DNA of 63,942 bases, counting the filler, from an uncultured bacterium (lineage in GTDB: Bacteria > Hinthialibacterota > Hinthialibacteria > Hinthialibacterales > Hinthialibacteraceae), in the NCBI GenBank assembly GCA_964449065.1. It is 3 parts of 3 records of this genome, joined end to end, with 100 filler letters (N's around TTAATTAATTAA, not from the genome) between each part and the next. Parts side by side here need not be neighbours in the genome. Positions count along the whole stretch, not along the records: positions 1 to 22,090 come from CAYVAZ010000042.1; 2 more parts are not named here. One strand, given 5' to 3'. The notes under the pieces were generated by a model, which saw only the letters and a program-made list of their open reading frames with translations, did no database searches and had not been told where the DNA came from. This document shows, piece after piece, positions 1 to 8,097 of the stretch (its first letter is position 1; the number at the start of each line of letters is the position of its first letter). The translations under genes were made by a program, and so were the position numbers.

Positions 1-171
1 GCCCCTCCCCCTCCCCCTGCCCCCGGGGCACCCCCTGCGCCCGCCGCTGCGATGCAGGAGCGAAGGATGACGGACGGGGGGTCCCGCAGGAAGAAAACTG
101 CAACCGGAACCTCTGCGCTCACTATCAAGCGCAACAACCCCACCAAGACCGGGTTGCAGATCAGCCGCTAA
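1..171 (+). CDS. 5'-truncated small virion protein (T7 gp6.7/gp7.3-like position)
   Basis: Frame 1 is open from base 1 to TAA 169-171: APPPPPAPGAPPAPAAAMQERR...RRKKTATGTSALTIKR...GLQISR. Pro-rich with a basic K..G.S.L.I motif, directly before the portal. Confidence 0.55.
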   Translation, partial: APPPPPAPGAPPAPAAAMQERRMTDGGSRRKKTATGTSALTIKRNNPTKTGLQISR

Positions 172-200
172 GAGTTCCTTGAAGGAGGATGAAACCAAAC

Positions 201-1778
201 ATGGAAGTCAACACCAAAAGTCCTCCCAAGGCCCCCGAAGGAGGCACTGCCAAGAGCCGCTATGAGATGCTCGCTCACAAGCGACAGCCTTTCCTTGATC
301 GTGCTCGCAAGAACTCCGAACTCACCATACCGACCCTCATCCCGCCCGATGGCTATGATGGAATGTCGAAGCTCTACCAGCCCTATCAGGGTCTCGGTGC
401 CAGAGGCATTCGCAACCTCGCAGCCAAGCTGGGCCTCGCCCTGTTCCCCCCGAATGTTCCCTTCATGAAGACTCAGGCGACTGAGGAAGTTCTCATGGAG
501 GCAGAGCAGGAGAACGGACCAGAGCAGCGAGCGATCATCGAACAGGAGCTTTCACGCTTCGACAAGATGGTGAAGGACAACATCGAGGCTACCGCAGATC
601 GTACCATCATCGACGAGATGGGTCGACACCTGCAGGTTGCAGGCAATGCTGCCCTCGATCTCACGGACAATGATGCACGCCTGTTCAAGCTGGACAGCTA
701 TGTGGTCCTCCGATCCCCTCGCGGGTTGGTTGTCGAGGCGATCCTCAGAGAAGAGGTGGCCTTCGCAGCGCTCCCTGACGACCTTCGAGAGCACATGCAG
801 GAAGCCTCAGAGGAAACCTATGAGCGCCATTCGGTGCTTGAGATGTTCACTTGGATCGTCCTCAAGGGTGGGAAGTATCACGTCCACCAAGAGGTGAACG
901 GTTTCCGCGACCCTCAGTCCGAGGCTCTCTACAAGAAGGAGAACCTTCCGTACCTGTTCCTCAGGTTCAATCGAGTGGATGGCGATCACTATGGTCGAGC
1001 CTTCATCGATGAACTTTACGGTGACCTCGTGGCGTACGAGACGATCTCTCAGGCGCTTATTGAGGCTGGAGCTATCGCCTCCACAGTGAAGTTCGGGGTC
1101 AACCCCAATGGAACCACAAAGGTCTCCGAGTTGAACAAGGCTCGCAATGGAGGCTACTTCACCGGCAATGAAGGTGATGTGTGGACCATGCGGGTCGACA
1201 AGATGGCTGACCTGCAGTTCACCGAACGTCTCGCAATCTCTCTCGAAAATCGACTTGAAGAGCAGTTCATGCTCAACTCGTCAGTACAGAGGCATGCTGA
1301 GAGGGTGACTGCTGAGGAGATCAGGTATCTCGCAGAAGAACTCGATGCTTCTTTGAGCGGTATCTATACACTTATGGGCCAAGAGTTCCAGAAGCCGTAT
1401 GGCCTGCTCAAGATCAAAGCGTTCATTGAGAAGAAGCTGATACCCAATCTCCCGAAAGAGTCTGTCAAGTACACTGTGTTGACTGGTCTGGATGCTTTGG
1501 GTCGCAGTACCGATCTTCGTAAGCTCGACGCCCTACTTCAGGGTGTTGCAGAAGTGTTCGGGTCTGAGGCGCTTGCACAGGAAGTCAACGTCCAGAACTA
1601 CATTCAGCGTCGTGCAGCGGCACTTGGAGTGGACCCTGAAGGTCTCTTTAAGTCCGATGAACAGAAGGCCGAAGAGCAGCAACAAGCTCAGATGGTTGGT
1701 GTCCTGCAAGGCGCAGCCCCCGGTGCAATTCAAGAGGTAATCAAGCAAAATGGTGGACCACAAGCCGCCCCGTCGTAG
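201..1778 (+). CDS. head-tail connector (portal) protein, T7 gp8-like
   Basis: Motifs YQGLGARGIRNLAAKL, DHYGRAFIDE, ERVTAEEIRYLAEEL, TGLDALGR. AGGAGG at 183-188 suits ATG 201 better than the ORF-track start at 189. Confidence 0.95.
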   Translation: MEVNTKSPPKAPEGGTAKSRYEMLAHKRQPFLDRARKNSELTIPTLIPPDGYDGMSKLYQPYQGLGARGIRNLAAKLGLALFPPNVPFMKTQATEEVLMEAEQENGPEQRAIIEQELSRFDKMVKDNIEATADRTIIDEMGRHLQVAGNAALDLTDNDARLFKLDSYVVLRSPRGLVVEAILREEVAFAALPDDLREHMQEASEETYERHSVLEMFTWIVLKGGKYHVHQEVNGFRDPQSEALYKKENLPYLFLRFNRVDGDHYGRAFIDELYGDLVAYETISQALIEAGAIASTVKFGVNPNGTTKVSELNKARNGGYFTGNEGDVWTMRVDKMADLQFTERLAISLENRLEEQFMLNSSVQRHAERVTAEEIRYLAEELDASLSGIYTLMGQEFQKPYGLLKIKAFIEKKLIPNLPKESVKYTVLTGLDALGRSTDLRKLDALLQGVAEVFGSEALAQEVNVQNYIQRRAAALGVDPEGLFKSDEQKAEEQQQAQMVGVLQGAAPGAIQEVIKQNGGPQAAPS

Positions 1779-1911
1779 TCAACCCAAACCGCCCAAGGTG
1801 CTTGAGGATGCGATCTCGTTCGACCCTCAACCCCAGCCTGACGTGAAGCTTCCCCCCAAACCTGAGAAAGAGATGCGTGTCCTGTTCGGCTGCATCGTGA
1901 AGGAGAATTAA
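1750..1911 (+). CDS. small hypothetical protein (53 aa, Pro/Lys-rich) overlapping the portal 3' end
   Basis: ATG 1750 to TAA 1911, MVDHKPPRRSQPKPPK...LFGCIVKEN. GAGGT upstream. Fills the portal-scaffold gap and is below the ORF-track cutoff. Confidence 0.5.
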   Translation: MVDHKPPRRSQPKPPKVLEDAISFDPQPQPDVKLPPKPEKEMRVLFGCIVKEN

Positions 1912-1914
1912 GAT

Positions 1915-2679
1915 ATGGCCGAAGTCACTGTGAGTGAAGGCGTAACCGGAGCAGAGGCTCCTGTCGTCGAGGACCAGACCGCTCGCCCCGAATGGCTCCC
2001 CGAGAACTTCAAAACCCCGGAAGACTTGGTGAAGTCCTACAAGGAACTTCAGAGCAAGCTTTCCGCGAGTGGCGGTGAAGACAAGGGTGAAGAGCAGCAG
2101 GAAGACGCAGAGCCGCTTGCCGCTGAGGAAGAGGCCCCGAAGGAAGAAGAGGGTCAGTCCATCGAGGACTTCCCCGAGAACCTTCAAGAGTTCGCCAAGG
2201 AGTTCTCCGAGACTGGTGCCCTGACCGAAGACAGCTATGCGAAGCTGGCCGAGATGGGCTTCTCGAAGTCTGTCGTGGACTCCTACATCAGCGGGGTCGC
2301 TGCTGCTGCTCAGGACGTGACCGACGATGCGTTCCTCTCGGAAGTCGCTGAGGGCTATGGCGGTGTCGAGAAGCTGCAGGAGATGATGGCTTGGGGTGCC
2401 GAGAACCTCACCGAGGCTGAACTCGAACTCTACAATCAAAACGCTGTCAAGAAGTCCACCGCCAAGATCGCTATCGAGATGCTCAAGGCCAAGTTCGAAG
2501 CAGCCGAAGGGTTCAAGCCCGCACGTCGCCTCGAAGGTCTCGGGACGCCTCCGACCAAGGGAGCCGCCTACGAGTCTTGGCAGGAAGTCCAGCGGGACAT
2601 GGCCGACAAGCGCTACAAGGAAGGCGATCCCGCCTTTCATCGGAAGGTCGAGGAGAAGCTTCGGCGTTCCAACCTGTAA
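1915..2679 (+). CDS. capsid assembly (scaffolding) protein, T7 gp9-like
   Basis: Acidic protein with RPEWLPENFKTPEDLVKSYKELQSKL and C-terminal MADKRY...DPAFHRKVEEKL; lies between portal and capsid. Confidence 0.92.
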   Translation: MAEVTVSEGVTGAEAPVVEDQTARPEWLPENFKTPEDLVKSYKELQSKLSASGGEDKGEEQQEDAEPLAAEEEAPKEEEGQSIEDFPENLQEFAKEFSETGALTEDSYAKLAEMGFSKSVVDSYISGVAAAAQDVTDDAFLSEVAEGYGGVEKLQEMMAWGAENLTEAELELYNQNAVKKSTAKIAIEMLKAKFEAAEGFKPARRLEGLGTPPTKGAAYESWQEVQRDMADKRYKEGDPAFHRKVEEKLRRSNL

Positions 2680-2698
2680 GAAGGAGAACCCAAACCCA

Positions 2699-2767
2699 AT
2701 GACTCGTTTCCCAACGTGGTTCTATTGGAAGGAGGTGATCCAGTATCTCCCTGCAGGGCACTGCTAG
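2699..2767 (+). CDS. candidate 22-aa micro-ORF (MTRFPTWFYWKEVIQYLPAGHC)
   Basis: AAGGAG at 2681-2686, ATG 2699, TAG 2765-2767. Translation is not demonstrated. Confidence 0.45.
   Translation: MTRFPTWFYWKEVIQYLPAGHC
2729..2750 (+). promoter_or_regulatory. extended Shine-Dalgarno element (15-nt complement of the 16S rRNA 3' end) in a small hairpin
   Basis: AAGGAGGTGATCCAG (2729-2743) is the reverse complement of CTGGATCACCTCCTT. GGAGGT (2731-2736) can pair with ATCTCC (2745-2750). No start codon follows at RBS distance. Confidence 0.6.
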
Positions 2768-2801
2768 GGTTACCAAAAGTGTGCTCGTGTCTAAGTAGGC
2801 T

Positions 2802-2969
2802 GGCTGCTACGAAAAGGCAGTCCCCGGATGACAGTAACCGGGAATATCTTTTGAAATTAACGTGAGGTCTTACTTGATAGACCCGCAGACCAAAAGCAAT
2901 ACAGCTAATATACGCCTCGACCCGATACGTCGGATAATCTTGGAAGGTAGTTACGGTATTTCGAAGGTC
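2802..2969 (+). promoter_or_regulatory. structured 5' leader of the major capsid gene
   Basis: Consecutive stems GGCTGC/GCAGTC (2802-2822), CCCGG/CCGGG (2823-2842), GGTCT/AGACC (2866-2883) and a long imperfect stem 2888-2969 capped by CCGA-TACG-TCGG. Confidence 0.5.
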
Positions 2970-2999
2970 ATCTTTTCAATAGTTATATAGGAAAGCAAT

Positions 3000-3968
3000 A
3001 TGGCTAACGCAACTCCGAGCCGCCTTGGTATTATCAATGGCGTCTCTCCCTCCAACTATGAGCAAGAGAACGCCCTCTTCCTCAAGAAGTTCTCCGGTGA
3101 AGTCCTGACTGCGTTCAACGAGACGAACGTCATGAAAGACCTTCATCTCATTCGCACCATCGAGTCGGGCCGGTCGGCTCAGTTCCCCGCGACGTGGAAG
3201 ACCGGCGCCGGTTACCACACTCCGGGCAACCTGATCACGGGTGCCCAGTCGATCAAGCATAATGAGCGCACCATCGTCATCGACGATCTGCTCATCTCGG
3301 ACGTGTTCATCGCGAACATCGATGAGGCCAAGAACCACTACGATGTCCGCTCGATCTACTCGACGCAGGTCGGCGAGGCTCTCGCGCGTGTCTTCGACCA
3401 GAACACCATGCAGGTCGGTGTGCTCGCCGCTCGCGCTTCGGCGACGGTCAATGGTGGTTTCGGTGGCGGTGAAGTGACCGAAGCGGACGCCCGTACGGAT
3501 GGCAACAAGCTGGCCGCTGCGATCTTCGGTGCCGCGACCCTCATGGACGAGAAGGACGTTCCCGATACGGATCGTGTCGCCCTCGTCAAGCCCGCTCAGT
3601 ACTACACGCTGGTGCAGGCGAAGGACACCATCAACAAGGACTGGGGTGGTTCCGGTTCCTACTCGGATGGTTCGATCACCCGCATCGCCGATGTGGTCCT
3701 CCGCAAGACCAACCGTGTTCCCACGGCGAACGTCTCCCCCAAGCCGGGTGAGAACAACACCTACGGTGGCAACTTCCAGAACGTGGCCGCACTGGTCATG
3801 CACAAGAGCGCAATCGGCACCGTCAAGCTGATGGACCTGACCATGCAGATGACCGGCGAGGAATACGCTGTCATGTATCAGGGCACGCTGATGGTCGGCA
3901 AGTACGCGATGGGTCACGGCATTCTCCGTCCCGAGTGTGCGGTCGAGATCAACGTGACGGCCAACTAA
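3000..3968 (+). CDS. major capsid protein, T7 gp10-like
   Basis: ALFLKKFSGEVLTAF, RTIESGRSAQFP, HYDVRSIYSTQVGEALA, KYAMGHGILRPECAVEI; strongly biased codon usage. Confidence 0.97.
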   Translation: MANATPSRLGIINGVSPSNYEQENALFLKKFSGEVLTAFNETNVMKDLHLIRTIESGRSAQFPATWKTGAGYHTPGNLITGAQSIKHNERTIVIDDLLISDVFIANIDEAKNHYDVRSIYSTQVGEALARVFDQNTMQVGVLAARASATVNGGFGGGEVTEADARTDGNKLAAAIFGAATLMDEKDVPDTDRVALVKPAQYYTLVQAKDTINKDWGGSGSYSDGSITRIADVVLRKTNRVPTANVSPKPGENNTYGGNFQNVAALVMHKSAIGTVKLMDLTMQMTGEEYAVMYQGTLMVGKYAMGHGILRPECAVEINVTAN

Positions 3969-3990
3969 GGCTCTCTTTCAAAGACACTTT

Positions 3991-4022
3991 AGGGTCACCC
4001 TTAATTGGGTGGCCCTTTTTTT
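3991..4022 (+). terminator. intrinsic terminator after the capsid gene (T-phi position)
   Basis: AGGGTCACCC-TTAATT-GGGTGGCCCT followed by a T run. Confidence 0.9.
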
Positions 4023-4045
4023 CCTCCCAATACTTGGAGTATAAC

Positions 4046-4648
4046 GTGGTTCAACACAATACACCCCTCGACGAACTTGCAGCGGTTAACATTCTTCTTT
4101 CGGTGATTGGTGAACCGCCTGTGAATACTCTCTCCAATAGCACTTCTCCTGATGTTGTGATGTCCCGAGCCGTTCTCGGTGAGATCAGCCGCTCGGTTCA
4201 GGCACAAGGCTGGAACTTCAACAAGGAGTTCAATGTCGAGTTCACCCCTGACATCAACGGTGAAATGTCCGTGCCAAACGATGTCCTCAGGATCGAAGTC
4301 CGCAACAACCGATATGGCGTTTGGGACGTGATCCGCAGAGGGTCTCGCCTGTACGACCGTGGGGGCCACACATACACCTTCGATAAACCGTTGTGGGCCG
4401 AAGTGGTGTACCTTCGAGACTTTGCGGAACTCACCGAGAGCGCTCGTTATTACATAACAATCCGTGCAGCCCGCACTCTCTCGAACCGCGTGTCGCCCTC
4501 AAAGGTGGTCTACCAGTTCACCAAGGAGGATGAGAACTACGCCCGCGCTGCCTTCCTCGAAGAGAACGGGGACACTGCGAACCTCTCCATGCTCGATAAC
4601 GCCTCTTCGGCAAGGGTGATGGCTGGTCGCACAAGCAGGTGGACGTAA
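4046..4648 (+). CDS. tail tubular protein A, T7 gp11-like
   Basis: ELAAVNILLSVIGEPPVNTL, VQAQGWNFN, RLYDR, YYITIRAAR. Start placed at GTG 4046 (GGAG at 4036-4039), downstream of the terminator, not at 3935. Confidence 0.93.
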   Translation: MVQHNTPLDELAAVNILLSVIGEPPVNTLSNSTSPDVVMSRAVLGEISRSVQAQGWNFNKEFNVEFTPDINGEMSVPNDVLRIEVRNNRYGVWDVIRRGSRLYDRGGHTYTFDKPLWAEVVYLRDFAELTESARYYITIRAARTLSNRVSPSKVVYQFTKEDENYARAAFLEENGDTANLSMLDNASSARVMAGRTSRWT

Positions 4649-4650
4649 TC

Positions 4651-7017
4651 ATGCTCATCCAAGATGACATCCCCTCCTTCATCCAAGGCATCTCCCAGCA
4701 GACCCCGGCGCTGCGCCTTTCGACCCAGCTTCAAGAGCAGCTAAATGCTGTCCCCGATCCGGTGGATGGACTGCGCAAGCGTGGGTCGCTCCGCTACCTC
4801 AACACGCTATTCCATGAGACGGGTGGACAATACGCCACCCATTTCATCAACCGAGATCGCTCCGAGCAGTACCTTCTGGTTGCCTCTTATGGAAACCTTC
4901 GAGTGTTCGATAGGTTCACGGGAGCTGAACAGACTGTGATCTTTCCCTATGGGAAGTCCTACTTGGAGTGTGTGAATCCTGCCAAGCAGATCAAGTTCAC
5001 CTCCATCGCAGACTTCACGTTCATCTCGAATGAGAGTGTTAAAGTCTCTATGAGTGGTAATATGTCCAGTGTCGATGACAAGAAGGCACTGATCAATGTC
5101 AGGCAAGGAGCCTACAACGCTCGCTATACGATCTACATCAATGGCACGAAGGTAGCCGATCACGTCTCTGACCAGACCGATGTCTCGAAGATACAGACCG
5201 ACTACATCGCCGAGCAGATCGTGACTGAGATGAAGACCTTCGCGTTCATCTCAAACAACTACACGGTGACCTCGTTCGGTCCCACGATCTTCATTGAGAA
5301 GACCTCAGGAGGATCGTCAGACTTCAACATCTCCAGCTTCAGTTCGGTGAATGAAAGCGCCCTGACTGTTGTGACAAGTAAGACCCAGCGGTTTGCCAAC
5401 CTCCCCACAAGAGCACCTGATGGGTACATTGTGGAGATCATGGGTGATCTTGGGAACACGAAGGATGGCTACTACGTCAAGTTCGTGGCGACCAACCCCG
5501 ATCTCGATCTCTCCGAAGGGTATTGGGAAGAGACTGTCAAGCAAGGGCTCGACAATGAGTTCGATCCTAACACCATGCCCCATGTCCTTGTTCGCGAGGC
5601 AAACGGGTCGTTCACATTCAGGAAAGCTGAATGGACTCCTCGCCGAGTTGGTGATGATAAGTCGAATGTCGAACCATCCTTCGTAGGTCAGACCATCAGC
5701 AACGTGCTGTTCTACCAGAACCGTCTAGGGTTCCTCTCAGGCACCAACATCATCCTCTCCCGATCTGCAGACTACTTCAACTTTTGGGTAGGGACTGCAC
5801 AGGCTGTCCTCGATGACGACCCGGTGGACATTGGTGCAGCACTTTCGAACGTCACCAAGCTCTATCATTCTGTCGCTTTCAACGAGCAGCTTCTCCTGTT
5901 CTCGGATCAGGCCCAGCTTTCCTTGCGGGGAGGTGAGACCCTCACGCCTGCCAATGTGTCCCTGACAGTGCTCTCGCAATACGAGAGTAACCCTGATGTG
6001 GCACCTACGAGTGCAGGTGATAGTGTCTTCTTTACCACAGGGAGAGGACAGTGGGTAGCCGTCCAAGAGCTTCTGGTCGATGAAGCTGTGGCGCAGAACG
6101 CCAAGGCCGACCCTGTGACTGAGCATGTCCCTCGATACATCCCCAAAGGTGTCCGAGCGCTCACTACAAGTGACAGTGAGAAGACACTAGTGATGACTTT
6201 TGAGTACAAGACGGACAGGGTGATCGTCTACAACTGGTATTGGGCTGGTCGAAAGCGAGAGCAATCCGCTTGGCATGAGTTCCGTTTCAGGGAAGCGAAC
6301 GTCGTTGCTGCTCACTTCTTCGAGTCGAAACTTTATGTGATCGCAGAGAAGCGTGGGAGCACTCACCTGTTCTCAATGGAACTCGCACCGGGCCACATGG
6401 AAGATGGTCAGAGCTTCGAGACCTACCTCGACTATAAGATGACCGAACAGGATTGCATGGTCGACGACTCGGTTCCGGGTCAAACCACAATCATCTTCCC
6501 AATGAACTTGAGGAACCCCGTGGTGTATGGCCGAGGAGTCAACTACGGCGTGCTATACTTCAAGGCTGATGAAGACATAGCGACCAACACTGTCATCATC
6601 GATAAAGAGATCACCAGCTTCTATGTTGGTGAAGAGTTTACATACAGTTTCACTTTGTCAGAACTCTTCTATCGTCGAGGGGAAGACCAGAAAGCGATCC
6701 GCAATGGTCACCTTCGATTGAACACAATGGAACTTCGCTACTACAACACAGGGAAGTTCGATGTGACCTCTAAGGTTACTGGTTATGATCCCTTCTTTAG
6801 GATGGCAAACGTCTCTGGACTGCCTTTCGTAGGGAGCAATGTGGGTACCGTGTCTGCAACGACAGGTATCATGAACCTCGCTTCGGGGAACTTCAGGTTC
6901 GTTGTGAATAGTCACAGTGATCGGACCATGATCACCATCTCGGACACTTCAATTCTACCCGTCAATATCCTATCGGCCACATGGTTTGGCCGGTATATTG
7001 ATCGACAACGAGGATAA
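4651..7017 (+). CDS. tail tubular protein B, T7 gp12-like
   Basis: IPSFIQGISQQ, DGLRKR, WEETV...TMPHVLVR, RVGDD.SN.EPSFVG, FYQNRLGFLSG, QSAWH. ATG 4651 preferred over GTG 4639. Confidence 0.95.
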   Translation: MLIQDDIPSFIQGISQQTPALRLSTQLQEQLNAVPDPVDGLRKRGSLRYLNTLFHETGGQYATHFINRDRSEQYLLVASYGNLRVFDRFTGAEQTVIFPYGKSYLECVNPAKQIKFTSIADFTFISNESVKVSMSGNMSSVDDKKALINVRQGAYNARYTIYINGTKVADHVSDQTDVSKIQTDYIAEQIVTEMKTFAFISNNYTVTSFGPTIFIEKTSGGSSDFNISSFSSVNESALTVVTSKTQRFANLPTRAPDGYIVEIMGDLGNTKDGYYVKFVATNPDLDLSEGYWEETVKQGLDNEFDPNTMPHVLVREANGSFTFRKAEWTPRRVGDDKSNVEPSFVGQTISNVLFYQNRLGFLSGTNIILSRSADYFNFWVGTAQAVLDDDPVDIGAALSNVTKLYHSVAFNEQLLLFSDQAQLSLRGGETLTPANVSLTVLSQYESNPDVAPTSAGDSVFFTTGRGQWVAVQELLVDEAVAQNAKADPVTEHVPRYIPKGVRALTTSDSEKTLVMTFEYKTDRVIVYNWYWAGRKREQSAWHEFRFREANVVAAHFFESKLYVIAEKRGSTHLFSMELAPGHMEDGQSFETYLDYKMTEQDCMVDDSVPGQTTIIFPMNLRNPVVYGRGVNYGVLYFKADEDIATNTVIIDKEITSFYVGEEFTYSFTLSELFYRRGEDQKAIRNGHLRLNTMELRYYNTGKFDVTSKVTGYDPFFRMANVSGLPFVGSNVGTVSATTGIMNLASGNFRFVVNSHSDRTMITISDTSILPVNILSATWFGRYIDRQRG

Positions 7018-7021
7018 CACC

Positions 7022-7489
7022 ATGGAATATAAAGGCTACACGCTTCGTACTGCCTCCCCTTTCGATGCTCTCGACGTGGAGTGCGAGGACATCGACCGCA
7101 AGGAGATCGAGGGTTACTTGGGAGTAAACCCGAAAGAGGCTGCTCTGATCGGCATCGACATGTCCATTAAGTGCTTCTCTCTGCTCACCCCTGAGAAGCG
7201 TGTGGCCTTTATCTCCGGGCTTTCTCAAAGTCACCTCGACCCCCGCGAAGCCGGATGGGTGTGGATGATCTCAGGTCAACGAGAGTTCTTGCACCCTATC
7301 CGTAAGAAGATATTCGAAAATAGTCGCAGGGTCATCGAATACTACCACATGTATTTCAAGAGGCTCCACACGGTTCTCCTTATGGAAAACCAAGTTCATG
7401 TCCGATGGCTTCTTGCTCTCGGGTTTGAGCCTGTGAGCTATTTCACGAAAAGCAATATGACATACATCGAAATGGAGAGGACAGCTTAA
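7022..7489 (+). CDS. internal virion protein A, T7 gp13-like
   Basis: Position after tail B; motifs D..EIE, G.VWMI, N.VHVRWL.ALGF. ATG 7022 follows GAGGA. Confidence 0.75.
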   Translation: MEYKGYTLRTASPFDALDVECEDIDRKEIEGYLGVNPKEAALIGIDMSIKCFSLLTPEKRVAFISGLSQSHLDPREAGWVWMISGQREFLHPIRKKIFENSRRVIEYYHMYFKRLHTVLLMENQVHVRWLLALGFEPVSYFTKSNMTYIEMERTA

Positions 7490-8097
7490 TGTGCCCACCG
7501 GCGGCTGCTGCACTTCCGGCTCTCGCGATTGGCTCTTCGTCCCTTGCAACTGCTCAGATGGGGATCGCGGGTCTATCGGCGATTGCCGGGGTGGCGAGCG
7601 CAATAAAACAGAGTTCCGACACAAACAAGCAGGCTGCGGAGACCGAGACGGAAGCCCTCAAAAGCTTCTTCTTCGAGACTGAGCGCCTTGGTGTGCAGGA
7701 CATGCAGAGTGATGATCAGGTCACTCAGAAACTCGAAGACAATCGAAAGAAGCGGATGCGTTCGGTTGGGTCGGTTATCGCAGCATCGGCTGCAGGCAAC
7801 GTGCAGGGCGTCTCTGTGGACCGCCTCGTGGGCGACTACTTCCGCTCCGAAGGTGTGATCGGAGACCGGCTGGCCCTTCAACAGGAACAAGGGAGCGACC
7901 AGCGGCAGGCACAGGCGAAGGGCAGTCAGTCCAAAGCGAAGGATCGCATCAACTCGGCTCCTCGATCCGATGGGACCGAAGTGTTCGGGGCTGCAATCAA
8001 TGGGGCGGCAGGTCTCTTCTCAACCTACGCAAACGTCCGCAAAGACCTTTTAGATACCAGTAAATCAGGAGCAAGCAAGCAATGGGCAGACCAGTAG
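7489..8097 (+). CDS. internal virion protein B, T7 gp14-like ejection protein
   Basis: MCP- start, hydrophobic N-terminus, AGNVQGVSVDRL motif, and gene position. Confidence 0.8.
   Translation: MCPPAAAALPALAIGSSSLATAQMGIAGLSAIAGVASAIKQSSDTNKQAAETETEALKSFFFETERLGVQDMQSDDQVTQKLEDNRKKRMRSVGSVIAASAAGNVQGVSVDRLVGDYFRSEGVIGDRLALQQEQGSDQRQAQAKGSQSKAKDRINSAPRSDGTEVFGAAINGAAGLFSTYANVRKDLLDTSKSGASKQWADQ

Noticed and set aside
2729..2743. Possible 16S rRNA gene fragment on the minus strand
   Set aside because: The match stops after 15 nt (next bases TATCTC, not CCGC) and no other rRNA sequence flanks it. Treated as a cis element instead.
1741..3917. Long antisense ORFs (1741-2640, 2976-3917) and similar shadow ORFs elsewhere, such as 8577-9302 and 38166-39089
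   Set aside because: They mirror well-supported genes with biased codon usage and show no recognisable motifs.
3935..4045. T7 10B-like -1 frameshift fusing capsid to tail tubular A (the -1 frame is open from 3935)
   Set aside because: No slippery heptamer near the capsid stop, the extension would run through the terminator, and gp11 has its own RBS and GTG at 4046.
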